Source: Leucoraja ocellata (taxonomy: Eukaryota). Taken from it: 64,000 nt of DNA. The notes beneath the pieces were generated by a model that saw only the letters and a program-made list of their open reading frames with translations, had not been told where the DNA came from and did no database searches. Position 1 is the stretch's first letter; every line of letters starts with the position of its first letter. The position numbers and the translations under genes are program-made. Location: contig JAWMAR010000064.1 in the NCBI GenBank assembly GCA_036785375.1, forward strand, positions 1,054,001 through 1,118,000, written 5' to 3'. Positions 39,530 to 52,427 of this stretch are shown in pieces.

Positions 39530-39760
39530 AAGATAGACATAAAATGCTGGAGTAACTCAATGGGACAGACAGCATCTCTGGAGAGAAGGAATGAGCAATG
39601 TTACGGGTTGAGACCCTTCTTCAGATTGGCCAGTCTGAAGAAGGGTCTTGATCCGAATGGTCTCCCATTCCGTCTCTCCAGAGATGCTGCTGTCCCGCTG
39701 AGTTACTCCAGAATTTTGTGTCTATCTTCGGTTTAAACCAGCATCTGCAGTTCTTTCCTT
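39530..39760. repeat. Palindromic element made of two head-to-head Penelope terminal repeats
   Basis: AGATAGACATAAAATGCTGGAGTAACTCA...TGAGTTACTCCAGAATTTTGTGTCTATCT; relatives at ~17843-17985, 42948-43090, 49820-49972, 55935-56145, 62714-62890. Confidence 0.8.
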
Positions 39761-40407
39761 CAGCTTACGAATAAATTAATTCTTCGGCAGACATGTACTT
39801 GCAGGTTCTCCTGAGCCAAATACATATTGCAAACCATAATAATTAATCTCTCTCTCTTTGATGAACAGTCACTTTGCTTTATGATGTGGTATGCGTAAGC
39901 CTTAAGTATTGGTTATACTAGTGAGATTCTAATTTGATCCATTTTCTCAGTGTAGTTATGTGTGGAATTCACTAGGTCGGAGCAGAGGCTCAATGGTAGA
40001 GTTGCTGCTTTACAGCGCCAGAGACCCGGGTTCGATCCTGACTATGGGTGCTGTCTGTACAGAGTTTGTATGTTCTCCCTGTGACCACATGGGTTTTCTC
40101 CACATGCTGCGGTTTCCTCCCACACTCCAAAGACGTACAGGCTTATAAGTTAATTGGCTTGTGTAAAATTGTAAATTGTCCCTGGTGTGTAGGATAGTGC
40201 TTGTGTATGGTGAGGTCGCTGGTTGGCACGGACTCGGTGGTCTGAAGTGCGTGCTTTCATGCTGTATCTCTACAGTCTAAAGTGAAGACTAAATTCTAGA
40301 GTCTAAAGTCCAACCAGTGACTACAGACAGCATGGGAAATGATTAGGAAATATCCACCACTCCATGCATTGTTATTCAGTAATCTCAAACAATGGAGCTG
40401 TTCTTAT

Positions 40408-40534
40408 TGTTTAAGAAAGAACTGCAGATGCTGGAAAAATCAAAGGTAGACTAAAATGATAGAGAAACTCAGTGGGTGAGGCAGCATCTATGGAGCGAAG
40501 GAATGGGTGACGTTTCGGGTCGAGACCCTTCTTC
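40408..40534 (-). mobile_element. Penelope terminal-repeat fragment just upstream of exon 2
   Basis: 12-bp TSD AGCTGTTCTTAT at 40396-40407 and 40535-40546. Confidence 0.8.
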
Positions 40535-40609
40535 AGCTGTTCTTATCAGTGATTTTCAGTCACCAGTGTGTGTCAGTTTATAAATGTCTATTCTTTTAAT
40601 TTCTTTAAG

Positions 40610-40809
40610 CTCCTCCACCTTACCTGATCTTCAGCCATGGTAATGCAATATTCAAGATTGACAGAGAAGGGACAAACCACCAGAGGATTGTGACAAACTC
40701 CGGGCTCTCAGTTCTCTTGGATTTCCACTACAGGAATGGAGAGATCTACTGGGCAGATACTGAGAGAGGCCTATTGCAACAGGCCTTCATAAATGGCACA
40801 GACAGAAAG
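40610..40809 (+). CDS. EGF: Pro-EGF exon 2 (start of first YWTD beta-propeller)
   Basis: ttctttaag|..|GTGAGC, 200 nt; PPPYLIFSHGNAIFKIDREGTNHQRIVTNSGLSVLLDFHYRNGEIYWADTERGLLQQAFINGTDRK, matches pro-EGF PFLIFSHGNSIFRID...DFHY...IYWVD. Confidence 0.96.
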
Positions 40810-41645
40810 GTGAGCGGACAACTCTGAAATGTTATTTATTTCATTTAGTTTATAGACACAGCATCGAAACAGGCCTTTCGGCCCACCAAGTCCACACCAA
40901 CCATCGATCATCTATTTGCACTGATCCTTGAGCTTCGTCCCCTTTGATCTCTCGTTTTCACATCTTACCTTTCCATATCTCTCGTTTCTCTCTCCCCTGA
41001 CTCTCAGTCTGAAGAAGGGTCTTGACACAAAATGTCACCCATTCCTTCTATCCAGAGATGCTGCCTGGATAGCTGAGCTGAGCTACTCCAGCATTTTGTG
41101 TCTATTTTCACACTGATTCTATGTTTTCTCACATTTGTATCTGCATTAGGGACAATTTACAGAGGACAATTACCTACAGATCTGAAGACAGAACATTCAG
41201 ACTGTAGTCCTGCAGTTTTTGGTCATGTTAAGATTTTGACAGATTCTTCAAAATGAAATTGACAAATATCAAATTGGGTTTGCACTATTCTTTAATTGAC
41301 TTGTCAGAAAAAAATACTCATCCGATATTAAATATTATGAAATAGAAAAAAATCATGTATATTATTTTAGCAATAAAATGAGTTATTCCAATTCCCACTA
41401 AATCTACACCACATAAAATTTCTGCAGAGTAGGAAATTGAGGAAGTAAGAAATCATTTAATTTTTCAAATTATTACAGTAAACATTGATGTAATTCTGAA
41501 ACTTAGATGTCCAAGTTCGTAAGTTCATAAAAGATAGGAGAAGAATTAGGCCTATTGGCCCTTGAAGTCGATTTCAATCATATATGATCCATCTCTCCCT
41601 CCTAACCCCATTCTCCTGCCCTCCCCATAACCCTTGACACCCTAA

Positions 41646-41867
41646 CGCCCCTGTCCCACTTAGGAAACCTGAATAGAAACCTCTGGAGACTTTGCGCCCC
41701 ACCCAAGGTTTCCGTGCGGTTCCCGGAGGTTCCCAGGGGTTTTGTCAGTCTCCCTATCTGCAACCTCCGGCAACCACCTGCAACCTCCGGGAACCGCACG
41801 GATACCTTGGGTCGGGCGCAAAGTCTCCTGAGGTTTCCGTTCAGGTTTCCTAAGTGGGACAGGGGCA
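41646..41867. mobile_element. Palindromic PIF/Harbinger-type MITE
   Basis: GCCCCTGTCCCACTTAGGAAACCTGAA...TTCAGGTTTCCTAAGTGGGACAGGGGC; TAA/TTA flanks; inside a CR1 tail. Confidence 0.88.
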
Positions 41868-42439
41868 TTACTAATCAAGAATCAGTCAATCGTATCAGTT
41901 AAAAATATCTACAGACTTGTGTAGCAATGAATTCCATAGATTTCTAGACTCTCCCACTAGTGTGTGTGTGTGCGTGTGTCAGTGCGCGTGTGCATGTGTG
42001 CATGCATGCATGTGCGGGCGTGTGTGGGCGTATGTGTGCGAGTGTGTGCTATAAGTAAGAATTTCATTGCTCTGTTCTGGGACGTGACAATAAAACACTC
42101 TTGACTCTTGACTTGCTAATTCTCAAATCAGTGTTGCTTTTTTTCTTGCATGTTGGAAGTTGAAAAATGTTTAAAACATTGAAAATATTTTTACCCCTTT
42201 AAAAGTGAAGTGGCTGTGTGCCTCCAAATATCGAAAGAGCTGCTGGATTACACTTTGCATGTTGTCCATTCCATCAACATGTTCCCTCCATCTAGGCAAA
42301 AGTCTGGAGAAGAGTCTCGACCTGAAACATCACCCATTCCTTCTCTCCAGAGATGATGCCTGTCCCGCTGAGTTACTCCAGCTTTTTGTGTCAATCTTAG
42401 GCAAAAATAAATATCAGTTAAATGATATGATGTAATCTT

Positions 42440-44335
42440 CCGTAATCTTTTGAGGATGTAACAAACAGAATGGATAAGGGAGAGCCAGTGGATGTGGTGT
42501 ATTTGGACTTTCAAAAAGCCTTTGACAAGGTCCCACACGAGATTAGTGTGCAAAATTGGAGCACATGGTATTGAGGGTAAGTTATTGGCATGGATAGAGT
42601 ACTGGTTGGCATACAGGAAGCACAGAATAGGAATGAACGGGCCCTGTGCAGAATGGCAGGCAGTGACTAGTGGGGTGCTGCAAGGCTCGGTGCTGGTACG
42701 CCAGTTGCTTACAATATATACAATAGACAATAGACAATATGTGCAGGAGTCGGCCATTCGGCCCTTCGAACCAGCACCACCATTCACTGTGATCATGGCT
42801 GATCATCTAAAATCAGTACCCCGTTCTTGCCTTCTCTCCATATCCTTTGGCTCCGCTATCTTTAAGAGCGCTATCTACAGTAACTCTCTCTTGAAAGCAT
42901 CCAGTGTATCGGCCTCCACTGCTTTCTGAGGTAGAGAATTTCATAGATGTTCAAGAAGGAACTGCAGATGGTGGAAAATCGAAGGTAGACAAAAATACTG
43001 GAGAAATTCAGCGGGTGCGGCAGCATCTATGGAGCGAAGGACAGGTGTTGCCGCGGACCCGCTGAGTTTCTCCAGCATTTTTGTCTACATTCACAGATTT
43101 ACAACTCTCTGGGTGAAAACGTGTTTCCTCATTTCCTATGGCCTACCCCTTATTCTTAAACTGTGGTACCTGGTTCTGGAAATGTTTCCTGCCTCTAGCG
43201 TGTCCAAACCTTTAATAATCTTATATTTCAATAAAATCCCCTTTCATCCTAAATTCCAGTATATATAAGCCCCAGACGCTTCATTCTTTCAACATATATG
43301 ACAGCCCAGCCATTCCAGAAATTAACCTCGTGAACCTACGCTGCACTCCCTCAATATCTTTAGCTTAACAATTTAGATGAAGGAATTAAATTGCAGATGA
43401 CACAAAGTTGGGTGGCAGTGTGAGCTGTGAGGAGGATGCTATGAGGCTGCAGGGTTACTTGGATAGGTTGGGTGAGTGGACAGAAGCATGTCAGATGCAG
43501 TATAATGTGAATAAATGTGAGGTTATCCACTTTGGTGGCAAGAACAGGAAGGCAGATTATTATCTGAATGAAGTCAGATTAGGAAAGGGGAGGTGCAACG
43601 AGACCTGGGTGTGCTTGTACATCTGTCACTGAAAGTAGGCATACAGGTATAACAGGTGAAGAAAGCCAATTGGCCTTCATTGCAAGAGGATTTGAGTTTA
43701 GGAGCAAGGAGGTCCTACTGCAGCTGAACAGGGCCCTGGTGAGACCACACCTGGAGTATTGTGTGCAGTTTTGGTCTCCTAATTTAGGGAAAGACATATT
43801 GCTATTGAGGTGGTGCAGCGTAGGTTCACCAGGTTAATTCCCGGTTAATTCCCGGTTTGCGGGACTGACGTATGATGAAAGAATAGGTCGGCTGGGCTAG
43901 CATTCGCTGGAATTTAGGCGGCCTTTGAAACCTTTGAAATCTTTGGAAGAGAGGGGATCTTATAGAAACATATAACTTCTTAGAGGATTAGACAGAGTAG
44001 ATGCAGGATAAATGTTCCTGATGTTGGGGGAGTCCAGAACCAGAGGTCACAGTTTCAGAATAAGGGGTAGGCCATTTCAGACTGAGATGAGGAAAAACGT
44101 TTTCACCCAGAGAGTTGTGAATCTGTGGAACTTCTGCTACAGAAAGCAGTGGAGGTAAATTCACTGGATGTTTTCAAGTGAGAGTTAGATTTAGCTCTTA
44201 GGGCTAAGGGAAACAGTGGATATGGGATAAAGCCGGAACGGGGTACTGATTTTGGATGATCAGCCATGAACATATTGAATGGCGGTGCTTGCTCGAAGGG
44301 CTGAATGGCCTACTCCTGCACCTATGTTCTATGTT
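42440..44335 (+). mobile_element. CR1 RT-to-3' remnant with nested antisense CR1 (42720-43355) and PLE hairpin
   Basis: [49 protein letters not shown]. Confidence 0.88.
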
Positions 44336-44668
44336 AATAAACGTAGAGCTGTGCTGAAATGCCGTGTGTATAATTTGAGTGAAAAGAACATAAAAATACA
44401 TCAATGATTCAGTAAATATTCTAACAACACTATTGTACTGCAAACTCGGTGGAAAGGCACACAGTTATAATGAAAATTATGTGCACACAATTATGGAGCC
44501 CAATTAGTGTAATGATATGTTGATTAATTGTCGACTGATGTCAACTTCTTCAAAGAAGGAAATTCGCCCATATGAACAAAGAGCTAATTAATGGATGAAT
44601 AAATTCAAGAAAGTTACAATTCTGAAGAAAATATCGAAGAACGTGAATCTTTTTTCTTTGCATCACAG

Positions 44669-44850
44669 ATTGTACGGGCTGTGGGGAAAGGTCTCCTGGG
44701 CTTTGCTGTGGATTGGTTGCACAACACAATCATCTGGACTAATCGGAAGAAAGGAACCATTGAAATGTCGAACTTACACGGCAAAAATGCCAAGGTCCTT
44801 CTGAAAAATCTAACCTTTCCCACCTTCATGGCAGTCGAACCAGAGGAAGG
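44669..44850 (+). CDS. EGF: Pro-EGF exon 3 (LDLR class B repeats)
   Basis: catcacag|..|GTAGGA, 182 nt, phase 0 to 2; IVRAVGKGLLGFAVDWLHNTIIWTNRKKGTIEMSNLHGKNAKVLLKNLTFPTFMAVEPEEG. Confidence 0.93.
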
Positions 44851-45104
44851 GTAGGACTTTGGTTTACTACCATTCATATTGATATTGATATTTGATTTAA
44901 ATATGCAACAGGAATGGAAATTAAGATGAAACTCTGCAATAATTTTATGCCTTCAAATAAATCGACCAAACTATGATTTAACAAAAAACTTTTGATGCAT
45001 AGACAAAATTGAAGAGTTTAAGCTATCTCTTGCCAAGGGAACTGGGCATAAATGTCACTTTTAATTTGTTGGAAGCTGTAGATTAGTACCACTTTTCTTT
45101 ATGA

Positions 45105-45630
45105 TTGCTATTGAGGGAGTGCAGCGTAGGTTCACCAGGTTAATTACCGGGATGGCTGGACTGACATATGATGAAAGAATGGGTCGACAAGCCAGTGAAT
45201 GGGCTTGTATTCATTGGCATTTAGACAGATGAGAGGTGAACTCATAGAAACATATAAAATTCTTAAGGGATTGGACAGGCTAGATGCAGGAAAAATGTTC
45301 CCGCTATTGGGGGAGTCCAGAACCAGGGGGTCCAAGTTTAAGAATAAGGGGGAGGCCATTTAGGACTGAGATGAGGACTTTTTTTTCACCCAGAGAGTAG
45401 TGAATCTGTGGAATTCTCTGCCATAGAAGGCAGTGGAAGCCAATTCACTGGATGTTTTCCAAGAGAGAATTAGATTCAGTTCTTAGGGCTAACGGAATCA
45501 AGGGATCTGGGGAAAAAGCAGGAACACGGTACTGATTTTAGATGATGGGCCATTAGCACATTGAATGGTGGTGCTGGCTCGAAGGGCCGAATGGCCTACT
45601 CATGCGCCTATTTTCTATGTTTCTATGTTT
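45105..45630 (+). mobile_element. CR1 3' fragment
   Basis: Similar to 43797-44335; (TTTCTATG) tail. Confidence 0.88.
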
Positions 45631-46110
45631 CTACGTCTAAGATTATGGATTTATGACTTGAAACATAATTATTATTTCATAGCCTTCTCTATGTGTGCTC
45701 ATCAAAGAGATTTTTTTTTTTACAGATTCACACAACCATTGAGTAACACAATAAAATATCTAATTTATCAATGATTTTGGAAGACTAATGCAGAAATGTC
45801 CCAGTATAGTTGGATATAAAAATGACAATGCCTTCTAATATGGAGGCAACTACTTAGTATTTATAGGGAAAGATTTAAACTCTCCATTTATTCCACATTA
45901 TACCGGGAATAATTTTTTGCTTAAAGCTCACATTGAATTCACTAAAGAGAAAAATGTTTTTTCTACATTAACAGATCCATAATGTACTTTACTATTTATA
46001 AACCGTTAACAAATTGTCCTAATGTCAACCTGGCAAACGCCCAAACTGCTTTTGAAAATTCCACAACATTACAAAGATTTTTAACTCAACTTGCTTAATT
46101 TTATTCCAAG

Positions 46111-46341
46111 GTACATGTTTTGGGCTACAGAAGGTTCTGTTCCGAGTATTCATCGTGCTAATCTAAATGCCACAACAGCCATCTCCATTGCCAAGCCCTG
46201 GTCCAAAGTGAAGTCTTTGACATTGGATCTCATTGACAAACGACTCTACTGGGTTCAACATGACACTGAGAATATCTCAAGCAGCATTGGGTCATGTGAC
46301 TACACTGGAGGCTCAGCTCAGATCATCAAACATTCGATACG
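46111..46341 (+). CDS. EGF: Pro-EGF exon 4 (LDLR class B repeats)
   Basis: ttccaag|..|GTAAGT, 231 nt, phase 2 to 2; YMFWATEGSVPSIHRANLNA...LDLIDKRLYWVQH...IGSCDYTGGSAQIIKHSIR (inside ORF 46091..46345). Confidence 0.95.
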
Positions 46342-46884
46342 GTAAGTGCGTTGACAAGAACATTAGGTCATTGTTCCATCCCATTAATTACTTTCCACCA
46401 ATGGTTTTTTCAACAAAACAAAAATTGATTTTCCATTGTCCAGTGCCTCAGCTCCATTTTGAAGTTAGTTTTTTATCTAGTGCATCACAGTTTCAGTTTA
46501 ATTATAGATACGGCATGGAATTGGCCCTTAGGGCCCACTGAGTCCATGCCGACCAAAGGTCTCCCACTCGTTCACTCCAGCTCTATGTTTTCTCATTTTC
46601 TCATCCACTCCTTTCACGGGAGGCCAATTAACTTACTAACCCGCAACTCTTCATTGACTTTATTTGATAATTAAAAGAGTGCAGAACTTTCATGTTGATA
46701 AGTTCATAGGTCATAGGAGCAGAATTAGGCCATTGAGTCTTTCCAGTCTACTCTGCCATTCTCTTGTACTAAAATATTTTTCATGAGGCGGTAAGTGCCT
46801 TCATTTGACTCTTATATGAAAAGGAATTGGACGGCATACAAGTAGATCAAAACCCAAAATGTTCTATTGATTTGGCTTTTCTCA

Positions 46885-47952
46885 TAGAGTCATAGTCATA
46901 TAATCTTACAGCATGGAAACAGGCCCTTTGGCCCTTTGGCCCTTTCTTACCCACACCGGCCAAACTGTCCCATCTCCACAAGTCCCACCTGCCTGCATTT
47001 GGCCCATATTCCTCGAAACCTGTCCTATCCATGAACCTGTCAAAAATGTTCATAAACATTGCAATAGTGAATTTTGGTCACCTAATTATAGGAAGGATGT
47101 CAACAAAATAGAGAGAGTACAAAGGAGATTTACTAGAATGTTGCCTGGGTTTCAGCAACTAAGTTACAGAGAAAGGCTAAACAAGTTAGGTCTTTATTCA
47201 TTGGAGTGCAGAAGGTTAAGGGGGGACTTGATAGAGGTCTTTAAAATGATGAGAGGGATAGAGAGAGTTGACGTGGATAAGCTTTTCCCATTGAGAATAG
47301 GGAAGATTCAAACAAGAGGACATGATTTGAGAATTAAGGGACAGAAGTTTAGGGGTAACATGAGGGGGGGACTTCTTTACTCAGAGAGTGGTAGCTATGT
47401 GGAATGAGCTTCCAGTGGAAGTGGTGGAGGCAGGTTTTATTTTATCATTTAAAAATGAATTGGATAGGTATATGGACGGGAAAGGAATGGAGGGTTATGG
47501 TCTGAGTGCAGGTAGATGGGACTAGGGCAAAATAAGTGTTCGGCACAGACTTGAAGGGCCGAGATGGTCTGTTTTCCGTGCTGTAATTGTTATATGGTTA
47601 TATGGTTACATGGTTAATAGTGCCTGCCTCAACTACGTCCTCCGGCAGCTTGTTCCATACACCTACCACCCTTTGCGTGAAAAGGTTACCTTTCAGGTTC
47701 CTATTAAATCTTCCCTCCTTCACCTTAAGCCTATGTCCTCTAGTTGTCGATTCCCCTACACTGGGCAAGAGACTGTCTTTCCACCCGATCTATTCCTCTC
47801 ATGATTTTGTACACTATAAGATCACCCCCTCATCCTCCTGTGCTCCAAGGAATAGAGTCCTAGCCTGCTCATCCTCTCTCTATAGCTCAGGTGCTCGAGT
47901 CCTGGCAACATCCTCGTAAATCTTCTCTGCACCCTCTCCAACTTGACAGCAT
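46885..47952 (-). mobile_element. CR1/HER1 3' fragment hosting a sense-strand CR1 (47070-47615)
   Basis: Inner element has FWSPNYRKDVNKIERVQRRFTRMLPG, (TTATATGG)n tail and TSD AATAGTG at 47063-47069 and 47616-47622. Confidence 0.85.
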
Positions 47953-47972
47953 TTCCTCTTCTTTCCACATAG

Positions 47973-48175
47973 CCACTGGCCATTTGGAATTTCTCTTTTT
48001 GAGGAACACATATACTACTCAGATTGGAAGACGGGCACAATTCGCCGAGCAAACAAGTTCACTGGGAAGGACATAGTCGTCATCAACCCTAGACTGTCCT
48101 TTCTGCCGCCAGCTGATGTGAAAGTGGTGCATCCATCCCGCCAGCCGACAGCTGGAACAGACCCACAATTAGCAG
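47973..48175 (+). CDS. EGF: Pro-EGF exon 5 (end of first beta-propeller)
   Basis: ccacatag|..|GTACAT, 203 nt, phase 2 to 1; HWPFGISLFEEHIYYSDWKTGTIRRANKFTGKDIVVINPRLSFLPPADVKVVHPSRQPTAGTDPQLA. Confidence 0.95.
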
Positions 48176-49465
48176 GTACATGCATTCATCCAACAACCTG
48201 CTGCCAATGGAAACACAAGAGACTGCAGATGTTGGAATATTGAGTAACTGATAGAGGAATGGATGGTCGGGCAGTATGTGCGGGGGGAAATGGGCAGACA
48301 ATGTTTCTGAATTACAGCCCGAAGAAGGGTCCCAACCCAAAATGTCACCCATCCTTTTTCTCCAGGAATGCTGGCTGACCCGTTCAATTCCTCCTGCACT
48401 TTGCGTCTATCTTTGGCATGAACCAACATCTGCAGTTCTTAGTTTCTAGACAATGTTTCGAGTAAGGATCCAACTTAATTTATTAATCTGCTGCTAATGA
48501 CTGCTGCTATTTAATAGCCATTATTAATAACTAATGGACAAATAGGAACTATGGCTATTTAAAATATTACAGTAAAGTCATAGAGGTATACAGCATGGAA
48601 ATAGGCCCTTCAGCCCTACACATCCATGCCTAACCAAGCTAGTCCCACTTGCTTGTGTCTGGCCCATATCCCTCCAAACCTTTACTACCCAGTAACACCC
48701 TCCACAACAGCATTGTGAGTGTATCCCCACTTCAAGGAGTGCACTGATTCAAGGACCTTCTTAATGGCTACCAGGGATGGCAATCGCTCAACCTGCAGAG
48801 TCCGCCTCTCTTCAATGGGCGGCACGGTGGCGCAGCGGTAGAGTTGCTGCCTCCCAGTGCTTTCAGTGCCGGAGACACAGGATCAATCCCGACTACGGTT
48901 GCGGTCCGTACAGAGTTTGTACGTTCTCCCCGTGACCTGTGTGGGTTTCTCCGAGATCCCAAGAAACCAAAGACCTAGTGTGCATAGGATAGTGTTAATG
49001 TGCAGGGCTCGCTGGTTTAGTGCAGGGCTCGTTGGTTTAGGTGGGCCGAAGGGCTTGTTTCCGCGCTGTATCTCTAAAACTAAAACTAAGCTTAGTGCAA
49101 AACAACAAAGAAGTGAAACCGATGTGATGTGTGGTAGGAGGAAAGGCACGACAGAATTAAAGAGCAGTGTAATTGAAGGAAAGATTGAAAATTAGAAATC
49201 CAGGTAAAAGTGCAAAACATGAAATGTGGAAAATGTTATTAAGACAAATGAAAGTGAAGGAAGATGGGAGTAGAGAGCAATGAAGGAAGAGGGGAGGAAA
49301 TAAAACATAAGTGAGAAAACGTGGTCGGGGTGGAACAAAAATTAAGTCAAAGAGAGAAAATAATCATAGGAAGAGTGAAAAATGTAAGGGGAAGGTGAAG
49401 AATGGGGAAAGGCCAAAATCACAAAACTGAATTCCGGGAAGAAGAATTCCAAATGCATCTCCAGA

Positions 49466-49795
49466 GGGCGGTCACGGTGGCGCAGCGGTAGAGTTGCTAC
49501 CTTACAGCAAGTGCAGTACCGGAGACCCGGGTTCAATCCCGACTACGGGTGCTGTTTGTACGGAGTTTGTACGTTCTCCCCGTGACCTGCGTGGGTTTTC
49601 TCCGAGATCTTCGGTTTCCTCCCACACTCCAAAGACGTCCAGGTTTGCAGGTTAATTGGCCTGGTAAATGTAAAAATTGTCCCTAGTGGGTGTAGGGTTG
49701 TGTTAATGTGCGGGGATCGCTGGTCGGCGCAGACCCGGTGGGCCAACGGGTCTGTTTCCACGCTGTATCTCAACTAAACTAAACTAAAACTAAAA
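49466..49795 (+). mobile_element. Full-length HE1-type V-SINE
   Basis: tRNA head TGGCGCAGCGG / GGTTCAATCCC, V domain GTTCTCCCCGTG...GGTTTCCTCCCACACTCCAAAGAC, CR1/HER1-like tail with (CTAAA)n. Confidence 0.9.
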
Positions 49796-50324
49796 TTTCA
49801 GATGAAAATTGTTCAAATGTTTAAGAAGGAACTGCAGATGCTGGAAAATCGAAGGTAGACAAAAGTGCTGGAGAAACATCTTCAGAAGGGTTTTGGCCCG
49901 AAACGTTGCTTATTTCCTTCGCTCCATAGATGCTGCTGCACCCGCTGAGTTTCTCCAGCATTTTTGTCTACCTAGCATTGTTGAAATAATTGCCCTATTT
50001 CACTATCTTTAGATTTGTAGGCTCTCATGTCACTCATAGAGGCAAGAGGGTCTGTTACATTGGGTACTCTCTCCTAGTCTGGAGTCTTGTTCATGGAAGT
50101 CTCATCATTTTCTGCTCGTTTATTTTCAAAGCTGCAATCCATTCATATCGTATCCACAATCACTCCCTAAACAAACCCGGAGGAAAGGATTTGCATATCT
50201 GGAAAATTCAAAGCCTTGGTTTCTGTTATCTGCTCTTTAATCAAATGGGAAACACTGGGCTAAATTGGAGTTATTGAACCTTGTTAACTTTGAAATGTTA
50301 CCGTTTTAATAAACTTTTCCACAG

Positions 50325-50423
50325 AAAATGGAACAGGAAGCGTTTGCAAGAAAAGCTTCAATGGAACGTGCTGCAAGTGTAAAGATGGTTATGTACTCAG
50401 TGATGATCAGAAATCATGTCGAG
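50325..50423 (+). CDS. EGF: Pro-EGF exon 6 (shortened EGF-like module 1)
   Basis: ttttccacag|..|GTAAAC, 99 nt, phase 1 to 1; ENGTGSVCKKSFNGTCCKCKDGYVLSDDQKSCR, C-terminal half matches CMCAEGYALSRDRKYCE. Confidence 0.88.
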
Positions 50424-51871
50424 GTAAACTTCACCCCAAGAGGCATGGCTTACTTGCGTGATAAAGTATCTCAACTTCTGTGGTTAACGCTCTGTCACAA
50501 CCACAAAACTATGAACTACAATCCATTTTTTACCTTGCGCTGTCCACGATATGTGGCAGTTTCACGCCTGGTGTCGGATGCAGCGGCGCTAAGGACAACC
50601 ACTAAAAGGGAAACAAAAGCACATTTAAACATTTATTTATCTTATCACTGGAGGGGGGGGTAGATGGTGGGAGTAATTGGTGGAGAAAGGGTGTGTGGGG
50701 TGGGGGGGGGGGGGGAGAGGATTAGTGAGAGGTTGCCTAACATTAGAAAATTCAATGTTCATAGCATTGAATAGCAATGTTCATAGCAATGTTCATAGTA
50801 ATGCACATCTTGTATGTGTATGCGACAAATAGACTTGACAAAGATAAACACAAAGTGCTGGAGTAACTCAACAGTTTGGGCAGATTTTCTGGAGAAAAAG
50901 GGTAGATTGGGACCCTTCGTCAGACTTGGGGGGGGGGGGGGGGGGGGTTGAAAAGCTGGAGGCAGGAACAGACCAGGACCAACATGGCCAGCAAAACAAA
51001 TGAATGCCCTCAGGAGGGTGGAGCCATGGTAAGCCTATTGTTAGCCATGGAAGGTGTAGTCTCAAGAGGGATACAATGTGGTGAACTATGAAACTGGTTA
51101 AATGACTCGGTGGAGAAAGGCAGACAGGGGGCAGAGGAGGGGAGGGTAGGTAGAAGTTACTTAAAAATTGAGCATTCTAATTCATCCTGCTGGATTACAA
51201 GCTACCCAAGCGAAATATGAGGTGCTGTTCCTCTAGTTTGTGTGTGGCCTCATTCCAGCATTGGAGAAAAGTAAGTATGGGAATGTGAAAATGATTAGCA
51301 ACTGAGAGAGTTAAAACTCAATTATACCTTTTACAAACGTCTGCAGAATGACAATAGGCATTTGATAAAATCCTCCCTGGGTAGGCTGATCCAAAAGGTT
51401 AAGATGCCTGGAGTTCACGGCATCTTAGTTGTGTGGATTTGGAACTGGTTTTCTGATAGGACGCTGTGCAAGTTGTGGTGTAAGAACAATCTTCAGGCTG
51501 GACGTCTGTGACCAGTGTAGTTCCACAAGAATTTGTGCACGAACCTCTGTTGTGTGTGAGTTTTTTAATTACTTGGACATAAATGTAGAAGGGTTGGTTA
51601 GTAGATTTGTAGATGCCACCAAGATTGCTGGAGTAGGAGACGGTGAGGAAGGCTGTCAACGTATATAGGGGGATATGGATCAACTATAGAAATGTCAAAT
51701 GGTGTTTAATCCAAGCAGATGTGTGGTGTTGCTCTTCAGGAGGTCAATTGAATGGGGAAAATGTACAATTAATGGCAAGACACTTAACAACATTGAAGTA
51801 CAGAGGGATATTGAGGTCCAAGTCCATAGCTCCCTGAAAGTGGCAGCATAGGTAGGAATAGTGGTAAATAA

Positions 51872-52085
51872 TGGGCCTGTCTCACTTTTGGGTGCTGCCT
51901 CAAAATTTTCAACATGTTGAACATTTTTCATTACAGTGGCGACAATTTTTGCTGTCGTAGATTGCCGTACGTTGTCGTACATTGACGTAGATGTTGTCGT
52001 AGGTTGTTGCCAGTGTCGTAGGTGAATTCCATTAAAATTAGTTCCTGGCAGTCGCCTAAAGAGTCGCCTAAGTGGGACACGCCCA
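51872..52085. mobile_element. PIF/Harbinger-type MITE, same family as 1256-1448 in opposite orientation
   Basis: Shared AAAATTTTCAACATGTTGAA and GTCGCCTAAAGAGTCGCCTAAGTGGGAC. Confidence 0.8.
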
Positions 52086-52427
52086 AACGGCACCTGTATG
52101 CCCATCTTCATTATTCAGGGCATTGAGTATATCAGAGAATCATGATGCAGCTTTAAAGGATTTATGTTAGGGCACAGTTGGAATTTTACATGCAGTTATC
52201 TTCACCTCAATGCAGGAAGGATGTGGAGTCTTTGGACAGGGTGCAGAAGAGGCTTAAAAAAATGATGCCTAGATTAGAAGGTATTAGCTACATAGAGAGA
52301 TTGGATACACTTGGATTGTTTTCTCTGGAGCATCAGAAGTTGAGGGGACACCTGATAGAAAATGATAAGAGGCATAGATAACATAGACAATCAGCCCCTT
52401 TTCCTCAGGGTGGAAATACCAAAGGCA

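Noticed and set aside
49466-49545. tRNA gene
   Set aside because: A/B boxes belong to the tRNA-derived head of an HE1-type SINE and continue into the V domain.
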